Source: Prochlorococcus sp. AG-679-M23 | GTDB lineage: Bacteria; Cyanobacteriota; Cyanobacteriia; PCC-6307; Cyanobiaceae | Length of the DNA: 64,000 nt | Assembly: GCA_003208875.1 (NCBI GenBank) | Contig: QCUR01000006.1 | Coordinates: 74,872-138,871, forward strand | Direction: 5' to 3' | In this document: piece after piece, positions 42,526 to 53,470 of the stretch | Layout: the number at the start of each line of letters is the position of its first letter | Numbering within the stretch: the stretch's first letter is position 1 | The notes under the pieces: model-generated | Seen by the model: the letters and a program-made list of their open reading frames with translations, nothing else | Told to the model about the DNA's origin: nothing | Databases searched by the model: none | Translations under genes and position numbers: made by a program

Positions 42526-43026
42526 ATGAACTATTTTCCTAAGTTTCGTATTGGTAATGGATATGATATTCATAGATTAGTAGAGGGTAGAGACTTAATA
42601 ATTGGAGGAGTTAAATTACAACATCCAAATAATTTAGGACTTGATGGTCATAGTGACGCTGATGTTCTTAGTCACTCAATAATGGATGCATTATTAGGAG
42701 CTTTATCTCTTGGAGATATTGGAAAATATTTCCCTCCATCTAATCAGAAATGGAAAAATGCTGATAGTTTATTTTTATTATCTAAAGTTATTGAATTAAT
42801 TAGAAAGGAAGGTTGGGAAGTGAATAATATTGATAGTGTTATCGTGGCTGAAAGACCAAAAATTAAACCTTTTGTGGAACTAATGAAGAAAAATATTTCA
42901 GATATCTTGCAAATCGAAGATAGTTTTATTGGAATAAAGGCTACCACCAATGAGAAATTGGGACCGGAGGGTAGAGAGGAGGGGATCAGTTGTCACTCTG
43001 TAGTATTGCTTGAGAAAAAAGAATGA
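42526..43026 (+). CDS. ispF: 2-C-methyl-D-erythritol 2,4-cyclodiphosphate synthase
   Basis: [24 protein letters not shown] and KATTNEKLG motifs. Confidence 0.97.
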   Translation: MNYFPKFRIGNGYDIHRLVEGRDLIIGGVKLQHPNNLGLDGHSDADVLSHSIMDALLGALSLGDIGKYFPPSNQKWKNADSLFLLSKVIELIRKEGWEVNNIDSVIVAERPKIKPFVELMKKNISDILQIEDSFIGIKATTNEKLGPEGREEGISCHSVVLLEKKE

Positions 43027-43469
43027 AAATAAACTTCAAAATAAAAGAGAAAATAAAAAAACTTTCTTTTCTATTTATTTCTCTCTTCTTTTTTCTTTCT
43101 CAAATCAATACTCCAATCCTTAAAGCCTTACCTATGGATAATTATCAAAGTGGACTTGTCACAGAAGAATTAAGACTCAAGATTCCTGCCGAGTTTAAAA
43201 AAATATGGCTTCAGGCTGAAAAAGAAGTTTGGGAGCCTTGGTTGTCTATTCAAGATGGATTTTTGGGGAGACAGATATTTTGGGATAAAGAAAAAGAAGA
43301 AGCTTTAATATTAGTAAATTGGGAAAGTAAAAAACTATGGAAAAGTATATCTATGATTCAAGTAAATGAGGTTCAAGAAAAATTCGAAGAAAATGTTAAA
43401 AAATCTTTGAACATTGATGTTAATCCATTTGAATTAATTTATGAAGGAGAGTTAATTAAACAAGGATGA
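43023..43469 (+). CDS. Cyanobacterial hypothetical protein (TIGR03792-like dimeric alpha-beta barrel)
   Basis: Signal-like N-terminus; EELRL...[13 protein letters not shown]...W. Confidence 0.75.
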   Translation: MKINFKIKEKIKKLSFLFISLFFFLSQINTPILKALPMDNYQSGLVTEELRLKIPAEFKKIWLQAEKEVWEPWLSIQDGFLGRQIFWDKEKEEALILVNWESKKLWKSISMIQVNEVQEKFEENVKKSLNIDVNPFELIYEGELIKQG

Positions 43470-44122
43470 ATTTAGATATTAGGTTTGATTTTCAGAGAAG
43501 AGAAAGAATTGGACTTATTGAGGCGATTTGGGGCGCCGATAAAAGTATTGATCAATTAAGACGAGCATCTGAAAAAGTCTTAGAAAAAAAAGAAGTAGTT
43601 TTTATTACGCGAATTGATAAAGAAAAAGCTACACATTTATTAGCAATATATAAGGAGGGAAGGTTCATTGAAGAAGCAAATTGCTTCATAATTGGTGAAA
43701 ATTTTAATAAATTCTCAACAAACAAAAAAGTAGCAATAATCTCAGGAGGCACAAGTGATTTAGCTGTAACACTTGAAGCAAAACTATCTCTAGAAATCTA
43801 TGGAGTGAGCTGTCAATCTTTTATAGATGTAGGCGTAGCAGGTCTTCATCGTTTACTCAGTGAAATAGAGGAAATTAAAAAATATGATGTTCTTATAGTT
43901 TGTGCGGGAATGGAAGGGGCTTTAGCTACAGTTATTGGAGGATTATTCCCTCAACCTATAATTGCGGTGCCGGTTTCAGTAGGGTATGGAGTTAGTAAGA
44001 ATGGAGAGGCTGCTTTAAATAGTATGTTATCAAGTTGTGCTCCTGGGATTTCGGTTATGAATATCGACAACGGTTATGGAGCCGCAATGGCTGCGTTAAG
44101 AATTATAAAAAGGATGGCGTAA
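43466..44122 (+). CDS. larB: LarB/CpmA-family PurE-like protein
   Basis: GGTSDL, DVGVAGLHRL, AGMEGAL, PVSVGYG and NIDNGYGAA motifs. Confidence 0.92.
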   Translation: MNLDIRFDFQRRERIGLIEAIWGADKSIDQLRRASEKVLEKKEVVFITRIDKEKATHLLAIYKEGRFIEEANCFIIGENFNKFSTNKKVAIISGGTSDLAVTLEAKLSLEIYGVSCQSFIDVGVAGLHRLLSEIEEIKKYDVLIVCAGMEGALATVIGGLFPQPIIAVPVSVGYGVSKNGEAALNSMLSSCAPGISVMNIDNGYGAAMAALRIIKRMA

Positions 44123-44125
44123 ATG

Positions 44126-44260
44126 TTAATTATCTTTTTCGATTTCTAATAAATTCTCTATCCATAAATTGAGTTGTTTGGAAAGTATTCCTTCCTCTCT
44201 CATTTTGATGGCCTTCACAACAACTTGTGTATTTATCCACTCTGGATATCTTTTAGTCAT
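44126..44260 (-). CDS. Small hypothetical protein, 44 aa (not in track)
   Basis: Translated by hand: MTKRYPEWINTQVVVKAIKMREEGILSKQLNLWIENLLEIEKDN*. Confidence 0.6.
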   Translation of the reverse strand: MTKRYPEWINTQVVVKAIKMREEGILSKQLNLWIENLLEIEKDN

Positions 44261-44325
44261 TTATTTTTATTCAGTAATTATAATTTGATATAAATTTTTC
44301 TAAAAACAAGCTCTAAGTAACAAAA

Positions 44326-44493
44326 TTAATTTATTGTGTTCGATTTGGTACCTAGTCTTGATAGTTCTGAAGAGGTATCATGACTTTCTACATTTTTTAA
44401 TCTTTCGATTAGTTCAGATAAATCTTTTTGGGCTAATTCACCATTCGACTCCCATTTCAAAGACCTTGAGTTTTGACTTAGATTTTCTTTCAT
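44326..44493 (-). CDS. Small hypothetical protein, 55 aa (not in track)
   Basis: Translated by hand: MKENLSQNSRSLKWESNGELAQKDLSELIERLKNVESHDTSSELSRLGTKSNTIN*. Confidence 0.6.
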   Translation of the reverse strand: MKENLSQNSRSLKWESNGELAQKDLSELIERLKNVESHDTSSELSRLGTKSNTIN

Positions 44494-44604
44494 TTTCTGA
44501 GTGAAGTATTAAGAATATAAAATGAAAAAATTAAAAATTGGGTAATTATTTCAAGCTGAAAGTTAAAAAAATATGAAGATTTTAAAATTTATACTTTTTA
44601 AAAA

Positions 44605-44814
44605 TTATCCACCTCCAACTATAGATACGATCTCTAGCCTGTCTCCTTCTTTTATTATTTCATTCTCCCATTTTTTTGAGTTAATAATTGAGTCATTTAC
44701 TTCAACAACTACAGTGTTTTGCTTGTATCCAAGGAATTCTAAAGTGCTTGACAGGAATGCCTTTTCATTTTCTAGTTCTATTTTTTTTTCTTGACCGTTT
44801 ACTCTAATTTTCAT
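44605..44814 (-). CDS. thiS: Sulfur carrier protein ThiS
   Basis: 69 aa ending EIVSIVGGG; adjacent to thiE. Confidence 0.95.
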   Translation of the reverse strand: MKIRVNGQEKKIELENEKAFLSSTLEFLGYKQNTVVVEVNDSIINSKKWENEIIKEGDRLEIVSIVGGG

Positions 44815-45859
44815 TGGATAATTCTTTTATGATCATAATAGCTTCTTCTTTTGGATCTTCTGAATTTAGCAGACCTGAAACTATTGCAACCTTACTAATA
44901 CCATGATTTCTTAAAAAAGAAACATTTAATTTATCAATACCCCCTATGGCAAAATAAGGAATATTTATACCTTTTGTTAAAGCCTTAATCTTCTCCACAC
45001 CGATAGGCTCTTTATTCTTCTTTGTTAATGTTGGAAAAACTGGCCCAACTCCAATGTAATCGCAGCCATCTTTTACAGCCTTATTGATATCAATTGAATT
45101 ATTGGCTGAAACTCCAATAATTTTTGAGGTGCCAAGTAATTTTCTTGCTGTTTTTATATCGATGTCGTCTTGACCAAGATGAACACCATCTGCATCTAAT
45201 GCCAGTGCTATATCTACCCTGTCATTAACGATAAACAAAGAATTATATTTTTTACATAAGTTATTTATTTCAATTCCCTCTTTGAGATGGTCTTTATCAT
45301 TACCTTCTTTAAATCTATGTTGAATTATTTTTACTCCTCCTAACAATATTTTTTCAATTATTTCTAATAAGTTTTCTCTTTGGTCTGTTATCGAATATAA
45401 ATTGTTTTCACTAATTAGTAATTGTGCTCTCTTACGAGTATTGAAATTTAATAATTCAATTTCTAGAGTGTAAATTTCATATCTAATATCAGACGCTATT
45501 TTGGAAAGTTTATTATTATGATTTCTTGAAAATTCTTCAATAACTCTAAGAGCTTCTTGAACTCTTGCAGAATTAGAACTTATTATTTTAGAGGGACTCT
45601 TCCTGTTGATTTGTTCAACATGAGATAGTCCTTTGCATTGATCTTCTATATGATTTCTTGATATTTTGTAAATCTCTAAATGATTTTTACCTAATATTTG
45701 ACGGAAGTTTTTTATTCTGATAACAAAATCTTCGTTACCTAAGCCAAATCTGGCCCAGTCCTCTAAGACTCTTAAACCTTCTCTAGCTCTATCTAGATTA
45801 GCGTCAATAATTTGAGATATTCGTAAGTCTTCTGGTTCAGTTATGTTTGAGTTTTCCAT
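44804..45859 (-). CDS. thiE: Thiamine-phosphate synthase, cyanobacterial long form
   Basis: N-terminal DANLDRAREGLRV domain plus VNDRVD, GVHLGQDD and AIGGI motifs. Confidence 0.95.
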   Translation of the reverse strand: MENSNITEPEDLRISQIIDANLDRAREGLRVLEDWARFGLGNEDFVIRIKNFRQILGKNHLEIYKISRNHIEDQCKGLSHVEQINRKSPSKIISSNSARVQEALRVIEEFSRNHNNKLSKIASDIRYEIYTLEIELLNFNTRKRAQLLISENNLYSITDQRENLLEIIEKILLGGVKIIQHRFKEGNDKDHLKEGIEINNLCKKYNSLFIVNDRVDIALALDADGVHLGQDDIDIKTARKLLGTSKIIGVSANNSIDINKAVKDGCDYIGVGPVFPTLTKKNKEPIGVEKIKALTKGINIPYFAIGGIDKLNVSFLRNHGISKVAIVSGLLNSEDPKEEAIMIIKELSNEN

Positions 45860-45867
45860 CTTAAAAT

Positions 45868-46791
45868 TTATTTATTATTGTTATTAAGAACTTTTAAAGC
45901 ATTTTCCCTATCTTTCGTAATTTGATTAGAGAGTTGATCAATATTTTGAAACTTGATTTGAGACCTAAGCTTCTCAATAGGTTCTACTGATAAATTTAAA
46001 CCATATATATTGATATCTTTATTAATTAAATGAACTTCAACGGCGGATGGCAAGAGAGGATCAATTGTTGGTTGAGAACCAAGATTCATAACAGAAGCAA
46101 TTTTATTAGGAGAATTATTTATGGTAGACCATGCTGCATAAACTCCTTCACCAGGCAAAAATTTTCTCCCATCTATTTCAAGATTTGCTGTAGGAAATCC
46201 TAGGGACTTTCCAATCCCTTTCCCTTTAACTACTTTCCCTTTAAAACTGTATGGTCTATTAAGTATTTTAAATGCATTCTTTAAATCACTTCTTTGTAAT
46301 AAATCTCTTACTCTGCTACTACTAATTCTCCCTTTATTATCCTCTAAAATTGAAATAATTTTTAATTTTATATCCATATCTTTAGTGGCAAGTTTAATTG
46401 TATTGATATCTCCACTTCTTTTAAAACCAAATCTAAAATTAGCACCTACTGAGATACTTTTTGCTTGTAATTGATTGATCAAAATATCTTTTATAAAGTT
46501 CTCGGCACTTAATTTTGACAGTTTATTATCAAAGGGAATTAAAACCAATTGTTCTATACCAAGATCTTCAAGGATAGGAAGCTTTTCCTCTGGGAGATCA
46601 AGCCTAAGACGAGTTTCTTTATATAGTACTTCTCTTGGATGTGGCCAAAAGCTTGCGATTGTTGGTGTGTAATCATTCTCTTTAACAACACTTTCTATTA
46701 ATTTTCTGTGCCCTGCATGAAGACCATCAAAACTACCAATAGCTATTGAGGTGGGATGCTTAACTTCTGATGGTGATATTAAAGAGATCAC
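45868..46791 (-). CDS. ribF: Riboflavin kinase/FAD synthetase
   Basis: GSFDGLHAGH, ISSSRVR, GFPTAN, GVY and EVH motifs. Confidence 0.96.
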   Translation of the reverse strand: MISLISPSEVKHPTSIAIGSFDGLHAGHRKLIESVVKENDYTPTIASFWPHPREVLYKETRLRLDLPEEKLPILEDLGIEQLVLIPFDNKLSKLSAENFIKDILINQLQAKSISVGANFRFGFKRSGDINTIKLATKDMDIKLKIISILEDNKGRISSSRVRDLLQRSDLKNAFKILNRPYSFKGKVVKGKGIGKSLGFPTANLEIDGRKFLPGEGVYAAWSTINNSPNKIASVMNLGSQPTIDPLLPSAVEVHLINKDINIYGLNLSVEPIEKLRSQIKFQNIDQLSNQITKDRENALKVLNNNNK

Positions 46792-46858
46792 AAGATAACG
46801 TGCAATTTTATGATTTTGATGGCAAATTTGAATAGATCATAGTTATTCAATCAAATGA

Positions 46859-47392
46859 ATGTCTGACAAAATTGATTTTCAGTCGCTTTCATTTGGAATG
46901 CGGCGCATTGGCTGGATACGCTTTTGGATTCAATCCATTTTAGGTGTTGTAGTAACAGCTGTTTTGCTTTTTTCAAATGTTGTAAATAAAAGCGAAGGAC
47001 AGCTGAGTTTGACTCCGGGGCTATCACTAACAACAATTTCTTTAATTTTACTACTTTTTAGTTTGTGGCAAGGTTGGTTAATAGTAAGAACTGGGAGAGC
47101 AATTGCAAGTAATGCTAGACCCTCTAGAGGGCAAACAAGTAAATTAATAAAAAGAGGCTTAATAAATGATTTGTTAGGAATTTTGTTTGGCTTAATTGGA
47201 TATCAAGCACTTATGGGTGCACTTTTTATACAGGCCTCCTCTCAAACAACTGGTCAACTTATTACGGCATCATCTGATATTCCTATTACTGGTCTTGAGA
47301 TTTTATCAGTACTAAGTAATACTCAAGTTATCGCTGCTCATTTTTTTGGACTTTGCTTCTCTTTATGGTTGCTAAGAAGCATTTATAAATGA
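46859..47392 (+). CDS. DUF3611-like (Tic21/PIC1-related) membrane protein
   Basis: GWIRFWIQ, four TM helices, [10 protein letters not shown]. Confidence 0.75.
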   Translation: MSDKIDFQSLSFGMRRIGWIRFWIQSILGVVVTAVLLFSNVVNKSEGQLSLTPGLSLTTISLILLLFSLWQGWLIVRTGRAIASNARPSRGQTSKLIKRGLINDLLGILFGLIGYQALMGALFIQASSQTTGQLITASSDIPITGLEILSVLSNTQVIAAHFFGLCFSLWLLRSIYK

Positions 47393-48181
47393 AGTATTTA
47401 TTTTTGGCAACACATCTAAACCTCCTCTCCAAAACAAGTCTGGTTCTACAGGTGTAAGAGAAATTTTATTTTCTTGTATTTGAGAGACGTCACTTGGCCA
47501 ACTCTTGGGACCATCGCCTTTTGATTTAAGATCTAAAACAGCTTCACCGGCTAACCAATAATAATCATCGCCTCTTGGATCTTCCCTTTTAGAAAATTGG
47601 TTTTTATATTTTCGGATTGATAATCTTGTCCAAGATAATTCTTTTATTTTATTTCTTTCACAGGGTGGTATGTTCAAGTTCAAGAGAAGGGAGTTTGGCC
47701 AACTATCCTTTATTGCTTGTTCAGCAATATTCATTGCAATTTCACTAGCAAATTCAAAATTTTTCCATTTAAAACTCGCAACACTAATTGCCATTGATGG
47801 GACATTTTCTAAAGTACCTTCCATAGCTGCAGCAACTGTTCCAGAACAAAAAATGTCTGTTCCTAAATTTGGACCATGATTTATTCCAGAAAGAACTAAA
47901 TCAGGCTTTTTATCTAATAATTCTGATAGTGCGAGTTTTACGCAATCAGCAGGGGTCCCTGAACAACCCCAAGCTTTTATACCTTTATCAAATAATTCAT
48001 CTGCTCTTTCAACTCTCAAAGGAGACTGCAAAGTGAGGCCATGACCGGTCGCCGATCTTTCTTGGTCCGGACATACTACTGTCACTTTATGCCCTTTTTT
48101 TAATGCGGATTTGGCTAAGGCTCTTATCCCCTCAGCAAAAACCCCATCGTCATTACTTATTAAAATATTTAATGATTTCAT
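47372..48181 (-). CDS. surE: 5'/3'-nucleotidase SurE
   Basis: [21 protein letters not shown] and SGTVAAA motifs. Confidence 0.96.
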   Translation of the reverse strand: MKSLNILISNDDGVFAEGIRALAKSALKKGHKVTVVCPDQERSATGHGLTLQSPLRVERADELFDKGIKAWGCSGTPADCVKLALSELLDKKPDLVLSGINHGPNLGTDIFCSGTVAAAMEGTLENVPSMAISVASFKWKNFEFASEIAMNIAEQAIKDSWPNSLLLNLNIPPCERNKIKELSWTRLSIRKYKNQFSKREDPRGDDYYWLAGEAVLDLKSKGDGPKSWPSDVSQIQENKISLTPVEPDLFWRGGLDVLPKINTSFINAS

Positions 48182-48248
48182 TTATCAATACATTTTATTA
48201 TGGACAATATTTAAGTAAGATGAAACTATATCTATTTTTACTATATCA

Positions 48249-49256
48249 GTGAGTCAAATTGAATCATTAAGTCAAATAGAGGGCAAATTAAATAATCTCT
48301 CTCTCTTAGCGAATAAAAATATAAAAAATGCGAATAGTGATTCAGAATTGGACCAATTAAGGGTCTCTTTATTAGGAAAAAAAGGAGAATTATCAATAAT
48401 ATTGAAAACTATGGGCAAATTATCCTCTGTTGATAGACCAATTGTTGGACAGAAGGCAAACTTGATAAAGATAAACTTGCAAAATTTAATAACTGAAAGG
48501 AAAAATCAACTCATTAGTGAGGCTATTGATAAACAGATCGAAGATGAAAAAATTGATGTAACAATTCCTTCCACAGGGACCCTCCCTGGTAATAAGCACC
48601 CCTTAATTTCAACTCAAGATGAGATCATAGATATTTTTTGCGGATTAGGATACTCGGTAGAAAATGGTCCTGAAATAGAGAGTGATTTTTATAATTTTGA
48701 GTCACTTAACATACCTAAAAATCATCCGGCTCGAGATATGCAGGATACTTTTTATTTAGATGAAAACCGTCTACTTAGAACTCATACATCACCTGTTCAG
48801 ATTAGATATCTTGAAAATAATCCTCCTCCCGTAAGAATTATTGCTCCAGGAAGAGTTTATAGAAGAGATGCTGTAGATGCTACTCACTCTCCTGTTTTCA
48901 ATCAAGTAGAAGTTTTATGTATCGATCAAAATATTAATTTTAGTCATTTGAGAGGAACTGTACTTACTTTTTTAAAAACATTTTTTGGAGATATTCCTGT
49001 GAGATTTAGAGCTAGTTATTTTCCTTTTACTGAACCTTCTGCGGAAGTTGATGTTCAATGGAAAGGTAAATGGTTAGAAGTAATGGGTTGTGGAATGGTA
49101 GATCCAAAGGTTCTAGAAAAATTAGGAATTGATTCTGAAAAATGGACTGGATTTGCAGCTGGATTAGGTGTAGAGAGATTCTGTATGGTGAGACATCAGA
49201 TTGATGATATAAGAAGGTTCTATACTAATGATCTCAGATTCTTAAAACAGTTTTAA
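48249..49256 (+). CDS. pheS: Phenylalanine--tRNA ligase alpha subunit
   Basis: [27 protein letters not shown] and GLGVER motifs. Confidence 0.98.
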   Translation: MSQIESLSQIEGKLNNLSLLANKNIKNANSDSELDQLRVSLLGKKGELSIILKTMGKLSSVDRPIVGQKANLIKINLQNLITERKNQLISEAIDKQIEDEKIDVTIPSTGTLPGNKHPLISTQDEIIDIFCGLGYSVENGPEIESDFYNFESLNIPKNHPARDMQDTFYLDENRLLRTHTSPVQIRYLENNPPPVRIIAPGRVYRRDAVDATHSPVFNQVEVLCIDQNINFSHLRGTVLTFLKTFFGDIPVRFRASYFPFTEPSAEVDVQWKGKWLEVMGCGMVDPKVLEKLGIDSEKWTGFAAGLGVERFCMVRHQIDDIRRFYTNDLRFLKQF

Positions 49257-49327
49257 TATGATTAATATTTTAAATTAGGTTTCTTTATCAATTTAGTTTA
49301 AAATAATTGTAGTTTTAAATTTATCGA

Positions 49328-50236
49328 TTGGTACGTAAAGCTGGACTGATCGTCAATGATGGGAAAGAACTGGCTGTTCAAACTGCAATTTCTGTTCAAA
49401 AAAAATTGGAAAAATCCAATTATGAAGTTGTAAGAGTAAGTAGTTCTGGAGGTATGGTTGGTTTTGCCAATCCTGATCAACACGTGCGTCCATTGGGATA
49501 TTCGAATTGTGTGCCAGATGGGTTCGATTCCTCTATGGAGTTTGCGATTGTTCTTGGTGGAGATGGAACAGTACTTTCTGCTGCACGACAGACAGCTCCT
49601 GCAAAAATTCCAATCCTTACTATAAATACTGGGCATTTAGGTTTTCTTGCAGAAGCATATCTTTCGAATTTAGAGGAAGCAATCGATAAACTTATTATTG
49701 GTAATTGGGATATAGAAGAAAGAAAAAGTTTAATTATTAGCGTAATGAGAAATGAGCAAAGAAGATGGGAATCTCTTTGTTTGAACGAAATGGCTCTTCA
49801 TAGAGAACCATTGACGAGTATGTGTCATTTTGAGATTTCCATAGGTAGACATGCTCCGGTCGATATATCTGCTGATGGAGTCATTCTTTCTACTCCAACT
49901 GGCTCAACAGCTTATTCTTTAAGTGCCGGTGGTCCTGTTATCACCCCCGATTGCCCAGTAGTTCAATTAACTCCAATTGCTCCTCATTCTTTAGCTTCGA
50001 GAGCTTTAGTTTTTAATGATTCAGAACCTGTTACAGTTTTCCCTGCAACCCCTGAAAGATTAGTTATGGTCGTTGATGGAAATGCAGGCTGTTATGTTTG
50101 GCCTGAAGATAGAGTCCTAATAAGAAAAAGTAAACATTCAGTAAAGTTTATAAGACTTGAGGATCATGAATTTTTCCAAGTTCTGAGAAATAAATTAGGT
50201 TGGGGACTCCCTCATGTAGGTAAACCTAATAAGTAA
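49328..50236 (+). CDS. nadK: NAD kinase
   Basis: LGGDGT, GHLGFL, LNE and [16 protein letters not shown] motifs. Confidence 0.96.
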   Translation: MVRKAGLIVNDGKELAVQTAISVQKKLEKSNYEVVRVSSSGGMVGFANPDQHVRPLGYSNCVPDGFDSSMEFAIVLGGDGTVLSAARQTAPAKIPILTINTGHLGFLAEAYLSNLEEAIDKLIIGNWDIEERKSLIISVMRNEQRRWESLCLNEMALHREPLTSMCHFEISIGRHAPVDISADGVILSTPTGSTAYSLSAGGPVITPDCPVVQLTPIAPHSLASRALVFNDSEPVTVFPATPERLVMVVDGNAGCYVWPEDRVLIRKSKHSVKFIRLEDHEFFQVLRNKLGWGLPHVGKPNK

Positions 50237-50243
50237 TTTTAAG

Positions 50244-51530
50244 TTAAATTAGCTTTTTTCCTCTAAGCAAAAATACAGGATTGTTCGGATCCATTCTTAT
50301 CCCATCTGAGATACTTAAGCTTTTATAAGTCTGTATAAGGTTTAAATTAACTTTGAAATTATTTTCTTCAAAGGTCTCTTTTAAATCTTTAATTGTTTGA
50401 ATATCAATTATAGGAATAGCTACAATATCTCCATAATTCATATCTTTTGACAATTCATTAATAATTCGAACCTTAGTATTTTTATCACAGCCACCAATAA
50501 TTATCCTCTTAGCCTTTTTTAGAGAATTAATATTATTGGAATTAAATAAATTATTTATATCTTCTTCAAGAATATCTTTGGGGTTAACTCCTAGTCTTCT
50601 TGCATTTTCTGAGATTAATTCTTTTGATCCAATTCTTTTATCAATACAAAATAATTTTAAATTTGGCCTTAATTTTAATGCTTCTAAGCCAATTGAACCA
50701 CAACCTGCACCAATATCCCAAATTGTGCCATTTTCTGGTAACTCTAAATCAGCTAAAATTTGAATTCGAACTTCCCTTTTTGTTAATAAATTTGGTCTGT
50801 CTTCAAAAGTTTTAAAAGTATCATCTTTTAATCCAAATAAAGGAATATCATTTTCTATATAATCTTTTTCTTTTCTAATAAGAACAGCAATATTCAAATT
50901 AGAAATATCAAATGGTAATTTTTCTTTGATGTTAAATTTTCGGATCTTTTCATTTTTAAAACCTATTTCCTCACAAATCCAAAATTCGTAAAGATTATCT
51001 AAATTTAACTCTAATAAATTATTTTGAATTATTTCTAAACCGTTATTATTTGAATCTGTAATGATTGCTAAACTTGATGGCTTTGATTTAAGGGCTTCAA
51101 TTAATTTAGTGGAATCTCTTCCATGAATACTTACATATATAGCTTCTTGCCAAGATATTTTTAGTTTACTAAATGCAAGTTGAGCACATGTATTTGATGG
51201 ATAAAAACTTAATTCTTCTTTTGAAAAGTTTTCTAGAAGTATTCTTCCAATACCAAACCAAAGAGGATCACCCCTAGAAAATAAAATTACGTCGGTTTTT
51301 TGAGATTTAAGCCAATTAATTAGTTTATTGTCACTTCTGCTAGCGAAAAATAACTTTCTTTTTTTTGTATTACTTTGGCCCCATATTTTAATATCTTCAA
51401 AATATGGATCTGGAACTGCAATATTTTCTGTTTTTATAAATAATTTTTGTAATTTCAAAGGTAACTCTTTAAATTCAAAAGAATTAATTCCTATTACATG
51501 AATTTTTCTTTTTATCTGAGTCATAAACAT
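50244..51530 (-). CDS. cbiET: Precorrin-6Y methyltransferase CbiE/CbiT fusion (CobL)
   Basis: GDPLWFGIG, SIHGR, TKREVR and WDIGAGCGSI motifs. Confidence 0.92.
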   Translation of the reverse strand: MFMTQIKRKIHVIGINSFEFKELPLKLQKLFIKTENIAVPDPYFEDIKIWGQSNTKKRKLFFASRSDNKLINWLKSQKTDVILFSRGDPLWFGIGRILLENFSKEELSFYPSNTCAQLAFSKLKISWQEAIYVSIHGRDSTKLIEALKSKPSSLAIITDSNNNGLEIIQNNLLELNLDNLYEFWICEEIGFKNEKIRKFNIKEKLPFDISNLNIAVLIRKEKDYIENDIPLFGLKDDTFKTFEDRPNLLTKREVRIQILADLELPENGTIWDIGAGCGSIGLEALKLRPNLKLFCIDKRIGSKELISENARRLGVNPKDILEEDINNLFNSNNINSLKKAKRIIIGGCDKNTKVRIINELSKDMNYGDIVAIPIIDIQTIKDLKETFEENNFKVNLNLIQTYKSLSISDGIRMDPNNPVFLLRGKKLI

Positions 51531-51544
51531 TTAAAAGTAATAAT

Positions 51545-51859
51545 ATGATTTATTTGTATGTTTTATTAATTTATCCTAGTATTTATAAAATAATAACTAT
51601 AAATTACTTGTCAGACAGGAGAAAGCGTTTACACGAAATATTGTTAACTCTAATTAACAAAGAAAGTAATTTTGAGTTAATAGAGGAGGACTCTGGTGAT
51701 TTAACAAAGAATTTTTCTGACAAAGATACTGCGAATTTATCCCGAGTTATAGAAAAAAATCGTAAAATCATAAAAAGATATCAAGCTCTTGTTAGAACAG
51801 CAGTTACTCTAGACACCCTTATGGATTCTGAAAATGATGAAAATTTTAAAATCAAATAA
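51545..51859 (+). CDS. Hypothetical protein (start possibly TTG 51608)
   Basis: ORF containing DRRKRLHE...RYQALVRTAVTLD; overlaps the next gene. Confidence 0.7.
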   Translation: MIYLYVLLIYPSIYKIITINYLSDRRKRLHEILLTLINKESNFELIEEDSGDLTKNFSDKDTANLSRVIEKNRKIIKRYQALVRTAVTLDTLMDSENDENFKIK

Positions 51860-52334
51860 AAGTATTTTTTTAAAAGGTCTAATACCCTTAGCTATTATTA
51901 TTTCTATGGTTTTCAACCCACTTAAAGTATTTGCAGAAATATCAGAAACAGAAATTAATGGAGAGTTAATGAATGCTAGTAGTGAGTTTCTAAGAGATCT
52001 AGATTTTGAAACATGGCAACTAGTAGCTTATAAGTCTCCATTATTTGAAGATAAATTAATCTTAAGGGTAATTGGGTATCCTGGTAATCTCAGGATTGAT
52101 CATCCAACAAGTTTGCAAGTGGATTCTGGCAGAAAACAGTGGTTCTTAGATGATAAAACATCATTAAATGTTGAATTAGCTAACGATGGTAGACAAGCTG
52201 CTGCAGAATTTGATTTGAATGAACTTGTGAATAATATTGATAAAAATAGACCACTCAGATTATCACTGTCAGGTGTTTTTTCAGAGTTGCCTGTTCCTCC
52301 TTTCGTAGTTAAAGAATGGAGATCATTAGATTAA
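51834..52334 (+). CDS. DUF3122-like exported hypothetical protein
   Basis: Signal peptide; LRDLD..TWQLVAY...LRVIGYPG...IDHP. Confidence 0.75.
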   Translation: MMKILKSNKSIFLKGLIPLAIIISMVFNPLKVFAEISETEINGELMNASSEFLRDLDFETWQLVAYKSPLFEDKLILRVIGYPGNLRIDHPTSLQVDSGRKQWFLDDKTSLNVELANDGRQAAAEFDLNELVNNIDKNRPLRLSLSGVFSELPVPPFVVKEWRSLD

Positions 52335-52349
52335 TAAATTATTTGATAG

Positions 52350-53438
52350 ATGATTTGTAACCATATTAGTAATATTAAATGGATGAAAAGAGCTATTTAT
52401 TTGGCTTCTTTAGGTAAAGGAAGAACAAGTCCTAATCCAATGGTTGGAGCTGTAATCTTAGACAAAAATGGAAATCTTATCTCAGAAGGATTCCATTCAA
52501 AATCAGGAATGCCTCATGCAGAAGCAATGGCTTTCAATAATTTAAAAAAAGATGCAAAAGATGGGACACTATACGTAAATCTGGAACCTTGTTGTCATCA
52601 AGGAAAAACCCCTCCATGTGTTGATAAAATAATTTCTTTTGGAATAAAGAAAGTATTTGTTTCTATTGAAGATCCCGACAAAAGAGTTTCAGGGAAAGGT
52701 ATAAAATTACTTAAAGATGCAGGGATTAAAGTTCATCTAGGATTATGTGAAAAAGAATCCCAAGAACTAAATAAGTCTTTTATTCATAGGAATATTACCA
52801 ATAACGCTTTTGGTGTTATGAAATGGGCAATGAGTATGGATGGAAGAGTTGGCCTGAAAAATGGTAAAAGTAAATGGATTTCAAATAAAGATTCAAGATC
52901 ATTAGTTCACTCTCTTAGATCCTGCTTTGATGCAATAGTTATTGGAGGTAATACATTAAGAAAAGATAATCCTCTACTAACTTCTCGAGGTCTAAGAAAG
53001 CCTGAACCTTTAAGAGTTGTTTTTACAAAAACTTTAGATCTGCCAGAAAGATCAAATTTGTGGGATTGTACATTAGCTAAGACTCTTGTTGTATATGACT
53101 CTTCTACTGCAAATAAAAAATTTCTTAATAGAATCCCAGAGGGTGTAGAGATTGAAGAATTATCCTCTGATAATCCTATATTGGTTTCAAATTTATTAGC
53201 AAAAAAAGGTTGTAATAATGTTTTCTGGGAATGTGGACCAGAGTTGGCAACTTCAGCTATGAAAGCAGGTTGCATACAAGAGATAATGACTTTTATTGCA
53301 CCAAAGATATTAGGAGGTGTAAGTAGCATGAATCCCTTCTCTGATTTTGGATTTACAGATATGGGTGAAGTTTTTAAATTAATTGAACCTGAAATTAGTC
53401 TTATTGGCGATGATATTTTTTTGAAGAGTACTATCTAA
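52350..53438 (+). CDS. ribD: Riboflavin biosynthesis deaminase/reductase
   Basis: PNPMVG, HAE, LEPCCH...PPC, AMSMDG and DNPLL motifs. Confidence 0.96.
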   Translation: MICNHISNIKWMKRAIYLASLGKGRTSPNPMVGAVILDKNGNLISEGFHSKSGMPHAEAMAFNNLKKDAKDGTLYVNLEPCCHQGKTPPCVDKIISFGIKKVFVSIEDPDKRVSGKGIKLLKDAGIKVHLGLCEKESQELNKSFIHRNITNNAFGVMKWAMSMDGRVGLKNGKSKWISNKDSRSLVHSLRSCFDAIVIGGNTLRKDNPLLTSRGLRKPEPLRVVFTKTLDLPERSNLWDCTLAKTLVVYDSSTANKKFLNRIPEGVEIEELSSDNPILVSNLLAKKGCNNVFWECGPELATSAMKAGCIQEIMTFIAPKILGGVSSMNPFSDFGFTDMGEVFKLIEPEISLIGDDIFLKSTI

Positions 53439-53470
53439 TGAATTTGGAATTAGTTATTGATTAAAATACC

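Larger units (their letters stand above)
41259..42559. repeat. 16-nt direct repeat TTTCGTATTGGTAATG at 41259-41274 and 42544-42559 bounding an insert
   Basis: Exact 16-mer inside a degenerate ~45-nt duplication of the ispF 5' end. Confidence 0.85.

Noticed and set aside
44573..44794. 73-aa plus-strand ORF
   Set aside because: Antisense shadow of thiS.
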